This document shows positions 9,617 through 19,066 of a stretch of 64,000 bases of DNA, in pieces. This stretch comes from a virus. Position 1 is the stretch's first letter; every line of letters begins with the position of its first letter. The notes under the pieces are model-generated. The model was not told where the DNA came from and did no database searches. It saw only the letters and a list, made by a program, of their open reading frames with translations. The stretch spans positions 34,061-98,060 of IMG/VR virus record IMGVR_UViG_3300027754_000003; one strand, 5' to 3'. The translations under genes were made by a program, and so were the position numbers.

Positions 9617-10159
9617 TTACCCCTGCTCGTAGTCGTACTGGTCTTTACGACCCTTACTCACGTGAATAGCCCTACGGCGAAGGTCAGTCTCTTTTACTAA
9701 ACGACCTTCATCCTCTGGGAGAACTGTGTCTTTAAGTTTCTTGTCAAGCATTGGTTTACCAGGACCAAACGCAGAATCAATTGGGTCAGACAACGGGTCA
9801 CGTTGTCTGAATTGAGATTCCTGTAATGTGTCTGCTGCTTGTAGGTCACGGGGAACTACATAACCAGTTGGTTGATAAACCTTGACACCCATGTCATTCT
9901 TAAGATAAGAGGTAAGAACAAATGGGTGTCGGCGTTCACGAGTTTTAGGTGGTGGGGCGACCTGAAAGGAAGAGTAGAACTGACCAGTTCTGCTTACGTA
10001 CAAACTAGGACTATACGCTCCCGTAGGGCTTAGTCCATACGTTTGGGCAATGCTTTCCTTTAGGTCATCAGTTGAAGTTAGAGCAGGCGAGTCAGAACCA
10101 AGTGGTTCAGAACCCGTTGCACCAGCGTCAACACCTGAGTCGCCGCCGACATCTGACAT
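9617..10159 (-). CDS. Hypothetical protein
   Basis: 180 aa ORF packed in the minus-strand operon. Confidence 0.6.
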   Translation of the reverse strand: MSDVGGDSGVDAGATGSEPLGSDSPALTSTDDLKESIAQTYGLSPTGAYSPSLYVSRTGQFYSSFQVAPPPKTRERRHPFVLTSYLKNDMGVKVYQPTGYVVPRDLQAADTLQESQFRQRDPLSDPIDSAFGPGKPMLDKKLKDTVLPEDEGRLVKETDLRRRAIHVSKGRKDQYDYEQG

Positions 10160-10161
10160 GG

Positions 10162-10563
10162 TTAGTCGTTAACAACCGTCACGTTTGGTCGGTTCATGTG
10201 ACCACCTGAGTTATATGAGTACTCAAACTGTGGCATGTCATCGCCTGCCATTGCACCTTCAACAAACTCTGAAAGCACTGATGGCGCTTCAACCCACGAT
10301 GCTGAACCAACATGAGCACGTTCACGCATGGTGTCTGCTGCATGCTTGTAGAACATCTCTGGGTTGTTCTGGTTCATTCGCAAAGGCGATGGTGCGGTGT
10401 CCTCGTAGGCTCCACGACCAAAGTCGTTTGGAACGTCAGTGTCTGTTGCGACACCTTCTTCAAAACGGAGAGGTCCTTTGTTGCCTGGGATGCTTGGGGC
10501 CATGTTGCGTTCAAAAACGGTTGAGTCCCGTTCAGGAAACATTGGCGATGGTGCTACTGTCAT
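10162..10563 (-). CDS. Hypothetical protein, possibly virion-associated
   Basis: Strong AAGGAG SD; directly downstream of TerL. Confidence 0.65.
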   Translation of the reverse strand: MTVAPSPMFPERDSTVFERNMAPSIPGNKGPLRFEEGVATDTDVPNDFGRGAYEDTAPSPLRMNQNNPEMFYKHAADTMRERAHVGSASWVEAPSVLSEFVEGAMAGDDMPQFEYSYNSGGHMNRPNVTVVND

Positions 10564-10603
10564 GTGTTACTCCTTGGAAAATAAGGTTTCCATAAGAATA
10601 CCA

Positions 10604-12169
10604 CTAATTGAAAAAGGGATTTTCGCCAACTTGAATAGTGGGCATGGCATCGTACACAGACATGGCACAGGCAAGAGCCAATGAGTCTGGGTAGTCGTCA
10701 AATGCGCCCTTCTCATTAGGGGCTTCAGCCAACATATATGGACCACGATAGACCTTTTCAAGGTCATTCATCTGCTGATTAAAGCGCTTCCATGAACGGG
10801 TACGGCGAGCCTTAGAGTGTCCTGGGATTACTAATTGCTCACGTTGAATCAATTCAGTTAGGTGTACCCAACGCTGGTTTTGATTTTTAGAGTCAGAAGT
10901 CATTGAAATCACTTCTATCTGGGGTAGCAAAATCTTAAGTCGTTCTGCCACAGCACCACCGACACCTTGTGAATCCACACCAATACGAAGAACATCGTAG
11001 TTTCTTAGGAAGTCAATGATTTGAAAATACTGCTGTTCCCATTCTTGGTCGTTGATTTCTAGCCAGTTAAGAATGCGGTGCTCGTAAAAACCAAAAGGGT
11101 CTGGATGGTCCCAGTCAACCCAGCAGACAGTTACTACGGTAGAGTCGTTTGAACGAGCAACGTCAATCCCCACTACTACAGGAGTACGCCACCACTGTTT
11201 TACCAACGGCATAGATGGGTCGTAAAGTCTTTCCATACGTTCCTCAGTGACGAACATTCCCTTTTCCAACATCCATCGGTTGCAATACGACATCTGAAAT
11301 TCGTCAGAGTCTTCACCAATGCGGAGTTTTTCTTTAGCAATAAACTTCCCATAGTTAGAGTTGTATTTAGAAGCAACTTTGTAGTCGTACTCAAAATGGC
11401 AATCTCGTATTACTTTCCTGCTTTGGTTAATACGCCGTTTGTTGTATTGAATCATCTTGTAGAAATAGGACTTGTTACGAGAAGCCGTTCCAGTGAGCAT
11501 GATGCTCCCGTTGTTAAACGCCAACATCGGCTTGATTGACTTGGTAATCATAAACTCATCGGCTTCCTGAGCCTCGTCAATAAGCACAAAGTGGTAGGTC
11601 TTTGACTCAATCTTTGCCTTTGGGTTACAGGTCTGCATTCGGCAGATAGAACCAGAGCGCTTCATGGTGATGATTTTTCCCTTACCACGAGTACCACCAG
11701 AGGTAGCCTTGTCATCTAGTTCAGGGTCAAGGAGAAAACCAAGAGCGTGGTCGCTAGTCAAACGACTGACAATACGGCTAAACACGGTGTCTGCTTGGTC
11801 TTCAGTTGGGGCAAATACTCCAACCCAGAAACCTTTTTCAAACTTAGATAACCACGTTGGATAGATGCCTGAAAGTTTTGGAAGGATAACCATCATTGAT
11901 GCAAGCACGTTGGAAAGCACTTCTGATTTACCAGATTGGCGAGTTGCAATTAAAGTTATTTCTTCACCGTCACCTAAGACAATGGACTCAATGATTCGGT
12001 ACGCAATAGGGATTTGGTACGGAAATAGTTCAACATTGCAAAATTGCTCGGTAAAGAGAACCAGTTTTGTAACTAACTGGTCAACAAATTCAGCCGAGGT
12101 TTCGTCAAGTTCCTCAACTAATTCTTCGGCTAGTAACTCTTGTTCTTGGTCCAATAGGGAATCCGACAT
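10604..12169 (-). CDS. terL: Terminase large subunit
   Basis: Walker A ATRQSGKS, Walker B VLIDEAQ, coupling motif TGT, nuclease motifs GIDVAR and DDYPDSLALA. Confidence 0.95.
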   Translation of the reverse strand: MSDSLLDQEQELLAEELVEELDETSAEFVDQLVTKLVLFTEQFCNVELFPYQIPIAYRIIESIVLGDGEEITLIATRQSGKSEVLSNVLASMMVILPKLSGIYPTWLSKFEKGFWVGVFAPTEDQADTVFSRIVSRLTSDHALGFLLDPELDDKATSGGTRGKGKIITMKRSGSICRMQTCNPKAKIESKTYHFVLIDEAQEADEFMITKSIKPMLAFNNGSIMLTGTASRNKSYFYKMIQYNKRRINQSRKVIRDCHFEYDYKVASKYNSNYGKFIAKEKLRIGEDSDEFQMSYCNRWMLEKGMFVTEERMERLYDPSMPLVKQWWRTPVVVGIDVARSNDSTVVTVCWVDWDHPDPFGFYEHRILNWLEINDQEWEQQYFQIIDFLRNYDVLRIGVDSQGVGGAVAERLKILLPQIEVISMTSDSKNQNQRWVHLTELIQREQLVIPGHSKARRTRSWKRFNQQMNDLEKVYRGPYMLAEAPNEKGAFDDYPDSLALACAMSVYDAMPTIQVGENPFFN

Positions 12170-12190
12170 ACCCTACAAGCCTACCTCACT

Positions 12191-12427
12191 TTAGAAAAGT
12201 GATAGTTGGTCAGGGTTATTAGGGGCAAATAGGCGGCGTTGTTCTTCCATTTCTTCCACTACCTTTTCTACCTGACGGAGAAAATCATGCATGTCTGCTG
12301 TGTCTGCAACTAGTCGGTAGTCAATTCTCTTTAGCAACCCATTGTGTGGGAATGCTTGAACACGAACCGCTAGGTCATTGGCTAACCCAATGGTTTGGTC
12401 CATCTTAAGTTCTTCAGGTGCTCTCAT
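12191..12427 (-). CDS. Hypothetical protein ending in NNPDQLSLF
   Basis: 78 aa ORF; C-terminus matches the beta-clamp-binding consensus QL[SD]LF. Confidence 0.6.
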   Translation of the reverse strand: MRAPEELKMDQTIGLANDLAVRVQAFPHNGLLKRIDYRLVADTADMHDFLRQVEKVVEEMEEQRRLFAPNNPDQLSLF

Positions 12428-12666
12428 TGTTTCCTACTCTCTAGTTCTGACCAAATTATTTGTAATGCTTCCACACAATCGCTAACTTCACTTGCAGGAG
12501 CATCTTTAAATCTCCAGGCATCAAAAGAAGCGCCTAAAGACATGATTGAATTATCCATCCAACCATACAAAGCGGAGTTGTCTAATTTAGAGGCTCGTTG
12601 CTGTGCCTTGCTTGGCGGAAGTTTATCATGTGATTTTTCTTCCTTTTTAAATATTCCTAGTGCCAC
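12424..12666 (-). CDS. Hypothetical protein
   Basis: 80 aa ORF overlapping its neighbours. Confidence 0.6.
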   Translation of the reverse strand: MALGIFKKEEKSHDKLPPSKAQQRASKLDNSALYGWMDNSIMSLGASFDAWRFKDAPASEVSDCVEALQIIWSELESRKQ

Positions 12667-12926
12667 TGCTTTATCTCCTCTACTGTTGTATCCATCTCAC
12701 GACCACCAAGAGCAAATAGTAGTCCTTCTCTTTCACCTTTGATGTTGTTCTTTTTGCATACTCCAAATTGTAATAAATACTTACCAAACTTTAATTGTGG
12801 TCCTTTACCTGTTCGCCAGTACCCACCAAGTTCTTGACATGTACCCATAGCAATATGCGGAATGTTGGGCGTACCTGTATTGCGAACAATCCAATAAAAA
12901 GACCAAAACCCACGAACTTTATTCAT
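12657..12926 (-). CDS. Hypothetical protein
   Basis: 89 aa ORF in operon. Confidence 0.6.
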   Translation of the reverse strand: MNKVRGFWSFYWIVRNTGTPNIPHIAMGTCQELGGYWRTGKGPQLKFGKYLLQFGVCKKNNIKGEREGLLFALGGREMDTTVEEIKQWH

Positions 12927-12944
12927 GGTTTTAGATACTAGCGG

Positions 12945-13505
12945 TTATTGCCAGTCAAGTGGGAGTTGACCCTGTCGTGTATCTTGTTTCTCAATACCAG
13001 GATAACCTTGATCTGCTTGTTGTTGGCTAAACGCACCGTGTTGTAGTTTTTTACCTAACGGGGTTGCTTGTTGCCTATTGAAGTGGTCTGGGTCGTAATC
13101 CACATAACCACCACTCATACCGCCAGTATTAAAAGTTTTACCCTTTGACAAGGCTTCGTAGAAACTTTTTGCTTGGTACACAGGGACATTGTTGAATACG
13201 TACTTGGTTGGGTTCTTCCTTCCCTTCTTTCCACGAAAGTCCATGTAGATATCCCCCACCATAGTTTCTGGGTTAAAGAAGTACTGGACAAAAGTAAAGC
13301 GAGTACTATCTTGTCCGTTGGTTCGTTCACCCAGCATGTCATCAGTTGCGTTATCCACGCCACCACTGTTGGCTACCCAAGGGTCAAAGCACTCTTCTCG
13401 GTTAAACAAGTTTTCTTTTGTTTGTTCATCAGAAAGGGCAAACGCCTGTAAAGAGTCCTTGATTCTTGCTTTACCAGCGTTTCCTAAACCTCGTGCTCTA
13501 GCCAT
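12945..13505 (-). CDS. KTSC-domain-like protein
   Basis: YVFNNVP.....F..A.SKGKTFN pattern; leaderless TATAAT 6 nt upstream. Confidence 0.65.
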   Translation of the reverse strand: MARARGLGNAGKARIKDSLQAFALSDEQTKENLFNREECFDPWVANSGGVDNATDDMLGERTNGQDSTRFTFVQYFFNPETMVGDIYMDFRGKKGRKNPTKYVFNNVPVYQAKSFYEALSKGKTFNTGGMSGGYVDYDPDHFNRQQATPLGKKLQHGAFSQQQADQGYPGIEKQDTRQGQLPLDWQ

Positions 13506-13542
13506 ACCCTAATTATAGATTACTTCCCTAAGAAGTAGTTTA

Positions 13543-14409
13543 TTACCTTTGTTCCCGTACAGCCCTTGCAATTCCTTCTTCAAGGGATATCTTTGGGGTG
13601 TAGAAAGAAAGCATTTTCGTAGGGTCGCAAACACGATATTGAACACCTTCTGGTGCTCCAATTATTCTTTCAAACTCAGGAGAGTAACCGCATTCAGTTG
13701 CTACTAAAGTTGCCAAGTCATTAAATGAGGTAACTCGCCCAAGCCCTAAGTTTACTGGACCTTGTATGTCTTGTTGTACGGCTTCTAATGTTGCCGCAAC
13801 AACGTCTTCCATGTGTATAAAATCTCTTACTTGGTTTCCTGAACCCCAAATTTTAAATGGATTTGCTTGCTCTACACCACGTTTAATAAAAGATGGGAAA
13901 GGGTAGTCAAGCGACTGGTCTTCTCCGTATCCAGAAAACGGTCTGAACACATGGACTCTTAGCCCTTCTTTTTCTGCATAACTTGCAAGCATCTCTCCAG
14001 TTAGTTTTGCCCAACCGTATGTGTAGTCAGGAGATTGAATGTTGTTTAAATCAATATCCGACTCAGTTAGGTGGTGCGTAGAACCATAATCTTGTAACTT
14101 TATTGGATAAGCAGCCGAAGAAGAATAATAAATAATCTTTCCTGGTTTTGTTCTTAACGCCCACTGAAACAATTCAGAATCAATTGCGAGGTCTACTGCG
14201 ACAGATAGTGGCTCGCCCTCTATGGTCGCCCTTCCTCCAACAATTGCCGCTAAGTGAACAACGAGGTCAAAGTGTGTTTCATCTGTTGCAAAAAACTTAC
14301 GAGCATCTATTCCGTTTTTTATGTCTACACCTGTGATGTCGTGACCATCAAGCGCTTTGTGGAAATATCCCCCAACAAACCCTGCATCGCCAGTAATAAG
14401 AATTTTCAT
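13543..14409 (-). CDS. NAD-dependent nucleotide-sugar epimerase/dehydratase
   Basis: ITGDAGFVG, HLAA, SSSAAY, YGWAK (YxxxK), RDFIHMED. Confidence 0.93.
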   Translation of the reverse strand: MKILITGDAGFVGGYFHKALDGHDITGVDIKNGIDARKFFATDETHFDLVVHLAAIVGGRATIEGEPLSVAVDLAIDSELFQWALRTKPGKIIYYSSSAAYPIKLQDYGSTHHLTESDIDLNNIQSPDYTYGWAKLTGEMLASYAEKEGLRVHVFRPFSGYGEDQSLDYPFPSFIKRGVEQANPFKIWGSGNQVRDFIHMEDVVAATLEAVQQDIQGPVNLGLGRVTSFNDLATLVATECGYSPEFERIIGAPEGVQYRVCDPTKMLSFYTPKISLEEGIARAVREQR

Positions 14410-14966
14410 TTACATCCCCACATTCCATATATGTATGGTTCGCCAAATACTGTTGTATCCAACATAACAAAAACATCTGGAGTCCAGCCAGCATTCTTCA
14501 GAAGAGTTTCAACATCTTGCCTGCCCCAGGCCCAATAGTGCTCTTCATTTGTGTCATACCAAGCATCAATTGGGGTTGAAAGGACCAATGTTTGTGATTT
14601 ACTTCTTATTAAGTTTAGGACTGAACTTGGGTCTTCAACATGCTCAATGCTTTCTGAACAAATATACAAGTCAACATTGTCAATCTTTGGCAAATTAACT
14701 TCAAGAGGCCCAGAGTATTCATGACCCTTTGCATAATCTCCAAGTATTGTTTTTTTGATGCCTAGCGCTTTAGCGATTGCACCATTGCCGCAACTCAGGT
14801 CAGCAACTGATTCCGCCTTTGCCTGGTAAGCCATGTCTTTAGCGAGTTGTATTGTTGTATTTACTCTGATTCCATGCCCACGCCCATATATTGCATGGTC
14901 GTGTGGTGTGGGATAGATTTCTGCTAGTTCTTTAACAGTATGGAACTCTCGTAATTTTTTTATCAC
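14406..14966 (-). CDS. Class I SAM-dependent methyltransferase
   Basis: VADLSCGNG, CSESIEHVEDP, LSTP. Confidence 0.8.
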   Translation of the reverse strand: MIKKLREFHTVKELAEIYPTPHDHAIYGRGHGIRVNTTIQLAKDMAYQAKAESVADLSCGNGAIAKALGIKKTILGDYAKGHEYSGPLEVNLPKIDNVDLYICSESIEHVEDPSSVLNLIRSKSQTLVLSTPIDAWYDTNEEHYWAWGRQDVETLLKNAGWTPDVFVMLDTTVFGEPYIYGMWGCK

Positions 14967-15673
14967 CTGTGAACCGTCATGTCATGACCACGAGTTTCAA
15001 TAGCACCAACCGATTCTGGGAAATGTCGTGCAATACAGTCTTCACGCACATATGTCGGAATTTTTAGATAGTGGAGTGCATCATGATGGAAGCATGGGTC
15101 GTCTGACATGTTCCTGTCCATATCCCACCTCCATCTAATTCCAGAGAATACATCTCTTGCAATAAAGATTGCTGCGGCTGATGCCATTGCATCCATCACT
15201 GGAAATGGATACTTGTCAATTACTGGACCACGCAAACCATATGTCGTAATGTATGGAGCGCAAAGAGGGTGGTTCATCTCCAACATTCTTGGAAGAATAT
15301 CGTCTGGTGGCATGGTGTCAGCAGCAAGAAACAACATATGTGTGCATGCAGGATTTGACATTGCAAAATCATTTACCAAGTTCTGACCAACCGTGATGTG
15401 ACGAACTCTGTTCTTGGTGCTGACTTCGGTGCGCCCATCATCTAGTGAGTATGTCCAGTATGTTCCACCAATGGCTTCAAGGCGTTCAATAAACGGTTTA
15501 AGAGGTTCTAAACCACGAGCGTCTACCTGAATTGCTGCAAAATATGTAACATCAGTCCAATTCCCGAACTGCTGATACTGCTCTTTAACCTGTTCTGCAT
15601 TTCGCATCCACGAACCCCAATGGTCTTCGTTATCCATCACAAATGCATGCACTGTTGTTCCTACAACTATCAT
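14963..15673 (-). CDS. Glycosyltransferase (GT-A/family 2-like)
   Basis: THMLFLAADT (DxD-like), SDDPCF, late His; start set at the ATG overlapping the upstream stop. Confidence 0.6.
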   Translation of the reverse strand: MIVVGTTVHAFVMDNEDHWGSWMRNAEQVKEQYQQFGNWTDVTYFAAIQVDARGLEPLKPFIERLEAIGGTYWTYSLDDGRTEVSTKNRVRHITVGQNLVNDFAMSNPACTHMLFLAADTMPPDDILPRMLEMNHPLCAPYITTYGLRGPVIDKYPFPVMDAMASAAAIFIARDVFSGIRWRWDMDRNMSDDPCFHHDALHYLKIPTYVREDCIARHFPESVGAIETRGHDMTVHR

Positions 15674-16752
15674 AACTCCAGTATCCTTTCCATCACTTCG
15701 TTCCAATCAAAGCCACGTTTTTCCATTGAAAATTGTTCCCTAACTACTTCGTAGTTTACCATTGCCTCATCTTTACGCATATTTGGGTCAAGTAGTTCCT
15801 TTAGGTGGTACTTCCATTCATCTGGGCTTTTGGCAATACGACCTGCCCCAGCATCTGCAAGATACTGATATTCAGGTGAATACGAAGCAATAAAAGGAAC
15901 ACCAGCAGCGACATACTCAAGACCTTTGATAAAAGACTTTGCGTGGTTGAACTCAACATTGTTTAGGGGAACTAAACCAATGTCTATAGGTGGAAACAAC
16001 CTAGGGTAATCAAGTATTGGAGCCATCGGCATAGTTGTTGATTTCTGTCGGTAATGCCCAAGTTGTGAATACGCAAAAGGAGCATTTTCTGTGTGACCAG
16101 AATGATGAAAAGTTAAATTATGTTGTTTTAAAAACTTAGGAACGTGTGGATTAAGGCTTTCTAAGTCACTAGACCGCCAAGGTGTCGCACCAACCCAACC
16201 AACAACAGGCAATCGTTTTGCTTTATCCTTACGCATCTTCCAACGATAAATATCTATACCGTTGCGAACTAGAAACACATTCTTTCTCTTCTTTGAGTAG
16301 AAGTCGTACAAGAATGGAGTAGAAGTAATTACTGCATCGGCTTCGTCAATCATATGAAAGTAGTGGTCACGATTATTTTCTGGATTTAATTTTGGGTCTG
16401 TAGCCGCATACGCACGATTAGTTGGTTCAAGACCTTCAAAGAAATCGTCAATATCTACAACAATTTTTTGTCCCATTTTCTTTGCTATTTTTACCATGTC
16501 GGTAATTTCTTTACGCATTACCAACTTGAATACAAGAATTTCCCAACCGTGAACGGCTTTATCGTTAGCAACAATTAGCCCGTAGCCGTGTTCTTCGTGC
16601 CAGCGTGGGAAACCCATACCAACTCGCCAGCCAAACTTCTCTAACTCTTTCATAGGGAGAAAACAGCGATACCACGCACAACCGTTTGGTTGTAGTGGTT
16701 TTGTTCCGTGCGCCCAGTCGTATGTCAAAAAACCAATCGTTTTGTTACCCAT
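15670..16752 (-). CDS. Glycosyltransferase (GT-B/family 4-like)
   Basis: YRC..P, VVDIDD, VGWVG, DIGLVPL...FN..KS.IK.LEY.AAGVP. Confidence 0.85.
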   Translation of the reverse strand: MGNKTIGFLTYDWAHGTKPLQPNGCAWYRCFLPMKELEKFGWRVGMGFPRWHEEHGYGLIVANDKAVHGWEILVFKLVMRKEITDMVKIAKKMGQKIVVDIDDFFEGLEPTNRAYAATDPKLNPENNRDHYFHMIDEADAVITSTPFLYDFYSKKRKNVFLVRNGIDIYRWKMRKDKAKRLPVVGWVGATPWRSSDLESLNPHVPKFLKQHNLTFHHSGHTENAPFAYSQLGHYRQKSTTMPMAPILDYPRLFPPIDIGLVPLNNVEFNHAKSFIKGLEYVAAGVPFIASYSPEYQYLADAGAGRIAKSPDEWKYHLKELLDPNMRKDEAMVNYEVVREQFSMEKRGFDWNEVMERILEL

Positions 16753-16758
16753 GAACCT

Positions 16759-16935
16759 CTACTCTTCGTCTGTGTCACTACCCTTTCCAGCAACAGCAAC
16801 GAAGTGTACAACAAGTCCAGCCACAGTAATCCACACGCCCCAGGTCAGGGTTTTCCCAGACAGGGTAATAAGAACCATGCCTGTTCCAGCCAATGTCCAA
16901 ACTAGTCCATGCACTTCCTCAAAAAGTCTTTTCAC
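16759..16935 (-). CDS. Small two-TM membrane protein, 58 aa (not in ORF track)
   Basis: GTG start with AAGGAG SD; MKRLFEEVHGLVWTLAGTGMVLITLSGKTLTWGVWITVAGLVVHFVAVAGKGSDTDEE. Confidence 0.75.
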   Translation of the reverse strand: MKRLFEEVHGLVWTLAGTGMVLITLSGKTLTWGVWITVAGLVVHFVAVAGKGSDTDEE

Positions 16936-17014
16936 AATTCTCCTTAGTTAGGGTCGTTTTGCCTATTTACGCTTGTCTACGGGCCTCCTAGGAGGCTCTA
17001 CGTGGCTTGTGGGC

Positions 17015-18589
17015 TTATCGTCTACGTCTAGATACGACTGGTGCAGGCAGTATAAATGATACCGTAGTGGCGGCTACCACGACACGGCGTACCCCTACAG
17101 ATACAGTAGAATCCGTAGGAACGTAATTATCAAAGCCACCTTCAAAGACGTTAATTTCTTCTTCAAAGGCTTCTTTTACCTCTGTTGGCGCATTTTGTAC
17201 AGCATCAACGATTGCTTGTGCTTGTTCTTCAGTTAACTCGCCAGTGTCTACTGTGGCGAAAATCTCAGTTGCTTGGTCAGCAGTTATGTTTTCCAGAACG
17301 GCTGCGCTCGTAGCAAGTTGTGTTGCTTGGTCGCTAGAAATGTCTGTAGACAAAATGGTATCCACAACGTCTTGAACTTGCTCTTGGGTAATGTTGTCTG
17401 ACTCCAAGATATTTAAAACCTCATCCAGAACCTCTGCGGTTATCTCAGTAAGGGTATCCAAGTTCTCAACCACGGCATCAACAATCTCTTGAACTTGCTC
17501 TTCTGTAATGTTGTCTGAGTTCAAAGCATCTACAACCTCGGACAAAATCTCTGGCGTAATTTCTGTAATGTTGGTCAGTTCTTCAACTACCGCATCTACT
17601 TCTTCTGCGGTAATTACGTTATCAACGACAGTATCTTCAGGGATAATTTCTTCAGGTGTAGTTGTGGTTGTGGTTTCTTCCTCAGTAGTATCAGGGTATG
17701 GTTCAGTTGTTGTTGTATCTGGCTCAATGGTCGTGGGCTCTGGCTCAGTTGTCGTGGTTGTTTCTTCGGGAAGCATCTCCTCTGGCGTGGGTTCCTCTAC
17801 TACTGTCGTTGTGGTGCCTGTCGGTACTTCTACGACCTCTTCGGGAACGGCAGGGGCGATAGATGTTGTTGTGGTGCTTACTGGCATCTCCGTTGTCGTG
17901 GTACTTGGTTCTGGGACTGTTGTGGAAGTTGAAGAAGTCGTTGTCGTCTGAGGCTCAGTCGTAGATGTTGACGTTTCTAACGGCAGTGTCGTGGTCGTGC
18001 TTGATACTGTTGATGTTGTTTGGGGTACGGAAGAAGAAGTAGATGTTGTTGTAGAACTAGTGGTTGTTGTAGTTGTAGAACTAGTGGTTGTTGATTCAAC
18101 AAGACCATTCCATAAAGACAAATTGCTAATTGTAAGATGCCCAGGTTGGCAGCAAGTATCTATTGAGTACTGGCGGAATGTGAACATATCACCTTCATTA
18201 ACAGGTATAGATTTGGTTCCTGTTGCATTGTTCTGTTGTGTAAGCAAGGTGTACACGCCGTTAACCGCATACTGGGGTGGGTCATACACCCAACCATCAT
18301 TGGTTTGATACGCCCACGTAAAATCAACTGTGTTCACATCGGCAGGGATTGTGGTTTCAATTTTGACCCAATGTGCTCCGCCACAAGGAGAACCTTGTGG
18401 TGCTAGTTGGTTATCAGGACCGTGCAAGGTAATACTGCTACCAGAAACTTCAATGTACCCACCACAGTTTTGAGATTGACTGTATGTCCAGTTTCCAAGA
18501 GCATCTGCCTTAACAGAAGTAACTGGTGCAAACCAAGCCAGAAGCGCTACAGGGAGGTAAAACCAAAATCCTTTGCGTAGTTTAGGCAC
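17015..18589 (-). CDS. Secreted/membrane-anchored mucin-like Thr/Ser-rich protein with acidic repeats
   Basis: Signal peptide, Cys-containing beta domain, long T/S/E/P stalk, repeated acidic helices, C-terminal hydrophobic segment plus RRRR. Confidence 0.8.
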   Translation of the reverse strand: MPKLRKGFWFYLPVALLAWFAPVTSVKADALGNWTYSQSQNCGGYIEVSGSSITLHGPDNQLAPQGSPCGGAHWVKIETTIPADVNTVDFTWAYQTNDGWVYDPPQYAVNGVYTLLTQQNNATGTKSIPVNEGDMFTFRQYSIDTCCQPGHLTISNLSLWNGLVESTTTSSTTTTTTSSTTTSTSSSVPQTTSTVSSTTTTLPLETSTSTTEPQTTTTSSTSTTVPEPSTTTTEMPVSTTTTSIAPAVPEEVVEVPTGTTTTVVEEPTPEEMLPEETTTTTEPEPTTIEPDTTTTEPYPDTTEEETTTTTTPEEIIPEDTVVDNVITAEEVDAVVEELTNITEITPEILSEVVDALNSDNITEEQVQEIVDAVVENLDTLTEITAEVLDEVLNILESDNITQEQVQDVVDTILSTDISSDQATQLATSAAVLENITADQATEIFATVDTGELTEEQAQAIVDAVQNAPTEVKEAFEEEINVFEGGFDNYVPTDSTVSVGVRRVVVAATTVSFILPAPVVSRRRR

Positions 18590-18604
18590 GACCCATTATA
18601 GCCG

Positions 18605-18913
18605 TTAGGTGAGATTTTGAATTTGCCTTTGGTGGTCTGGCAATGCTTGATGTACAAAAGTGCCGTAAGCACTGATTGCTTGTAAGTACGCATACACACG
18701 TTGGTAGTTGTAGTAAATATTATGTTCTAGTGCGTCAACTACTTCTGCCAAAACTTCTTTTGTTGTTTGAAGGATGTGCTCTTTCATTACATCAACAAAT
18801 TCTGGGTGTTCCTCCACCAACTCAAAAAGGTCTGGAAAATCTTGAAGTGTGTAAACGGAATTATTATAAGTAATGACAGGACCAATATTGCTTACATTAA
18901 TTTTAAAAGACAT
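18605..18913 (-). CDS. Hypothetical protein
   Basis: 102 aa ORF in operon. Confidence 0.55.
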   Translation of the reverse strand: MSFKINVSNIGPVITYNNSVYTLQDFPDLFELVEEHPEFVDVMKEHILQTTKEVLAEVVDALEHNIYYNYQRVYAYLQAISAYGTFVHQALPDHQRQIQNLT

Positions 18914-18916
18914 GTT

Positions 18917-19066
18917 CTACCACTTTCCAATTGGGCATGTTTGTGATTCAAGCCTAGTCTTTATTTTCATAAAGCAACCACATTCTTTACATTGAAATGT
19001 TGGTTTAAAAAGACGATCACAATTTCTACAGATTTCTAAACGCTTTTTTGTTAGTTCTTCGCTCAT
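18917..19066 (-). CDS. Small Cys-rich Zn-binding protein, DUF6171-like, 49 aa (not in ORF track)
   Basis: MSEELTKKRLEICRNCDRLFKPTFQCKECGCFMKIKTRLESQTCPIGKW. Confidence 0.8.
   Translation of the reverse strand: MSEELTKKRLEICRNCDRLFKPTFQCKECGCFMKIKTRLESQTCPIGKW

Noticed and set aside
16983-16996. Palindrome gcctcctaggaggc as an attachment or operator site
   Set aside because: Single copy with only partial similarity to sequences near 43193 and 43262; no recombinase nearby, so function is unsupported
17508-18308. Val/Ser-rich plus-strand ORFs and other antisense ORFs in the track
   Set aside because: They are shadows of real minus-strand genes (antisense of Thr-rich codons) and have no start signals
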